DNA of 64,000 bases, from positions 4,965,081 through 5,029,080 of the forward strand of contig NW_003526943.1 in assembly GCF_000181795.1 (NCBI RefSeq), given 5' to 3'. Below the pieces are notes generated by a model, which saw nothing but the letters and a program-made list of their open reading frames with translations, had not been told where the DNA came from and searched no databases. Of the stretch, positions 63,413 through 64,000 are shown piece after piece; within the stretch, counting starts at the first letter, position 1; each line of letters starts with the position of its first letter. A program made the translations under genes and the position numbers. The DNA is from Trichinella spiralis. Its lineage: Eukaryota.

Positions 63413-64000
63413 CTAATAAAGAAGAAACCAAATTAATTACTTAAGCACAACATCTATTGTCTTAAACTTTTTCATCATTCGGTTTAATAAAAAGCATTCT
63501 TTTTTAATATTAACAACAATTTCTATCCATAAAAAGTACAGTACAAATGTGACATACAGGTTTAACTTGGAAATGAACACAGTAACCTTATCTGATGCGT
63601 ATTCTTTGCTTAAATAATAATTCTATTTTATAATTTGTAATTTAAAACATCTAAAAATGTTTAATAACTAAATAGCTCATATCTAATGAAATATCAGTAC
63701 AGCAGTAAAATGGCAAAGACTCTCTAAAAGCTATTTGATAATGGTAATTTTCATGTTATTCAGTTGCCAACATCACAAGTCTAACATAGGGTTGTTTTTG
63801 TTATGTCAAATAATGTCAATAATAAAATATATGAGTACTCATTTTAGAAGTTCTAACCCAACAACTTTGAGAAAAATACTCTTAACGACAGTATGAATTA
63901 AAATAAAACTTGATTATGAAAAAGGTTGACAGTGAGTTTTGGTTGTTGGCGGAAAAGAGATGTAAAGAGATCAATATTATTAGACAAGCGTATTCCAAAT

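Overview
AT-rich, intron-dense eukaryotic draft sequence with three N gaps. It is most consistent with a clade I nematode of the genus Trichinella (inference from short introns, trans-splice-like acceptors just before ATGs, and polymorphic spliced-leader RNA genes). Both ends of the window are gene-rich: an intronless GC-rich LRR gene, boule, ATP synthase g, ILRUN/C6orf106, a cycle/BMAL1-like bHLH-PAS gene and an innexin. The centre (about 13-47 kb) is an accessory region with a Tigger-containing tandem duplication, a ~1.6 kb-armed inverted repeat, BEL/Pao and Gypsy relics, MITEs, an NHL pseudogene, an intronless triple STAR-type KH gene and a degenerate, membrane-tailed NUDT9-like gene. The most striking signal is non-coding. 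A shared AAACCCAA motif lies about 60 nt upstream of three SL RNA-type genes with three different leaders (31046-31138 -, 33668-33762 +, 46891-46980 +). The same motif also precedes a donor-less Sm-site RNA candidate (about 31713-31830) and points at a probable further gene hidden in the 45365-45561 gap. All family assignments are from motif recognition by eye; no searches were run.
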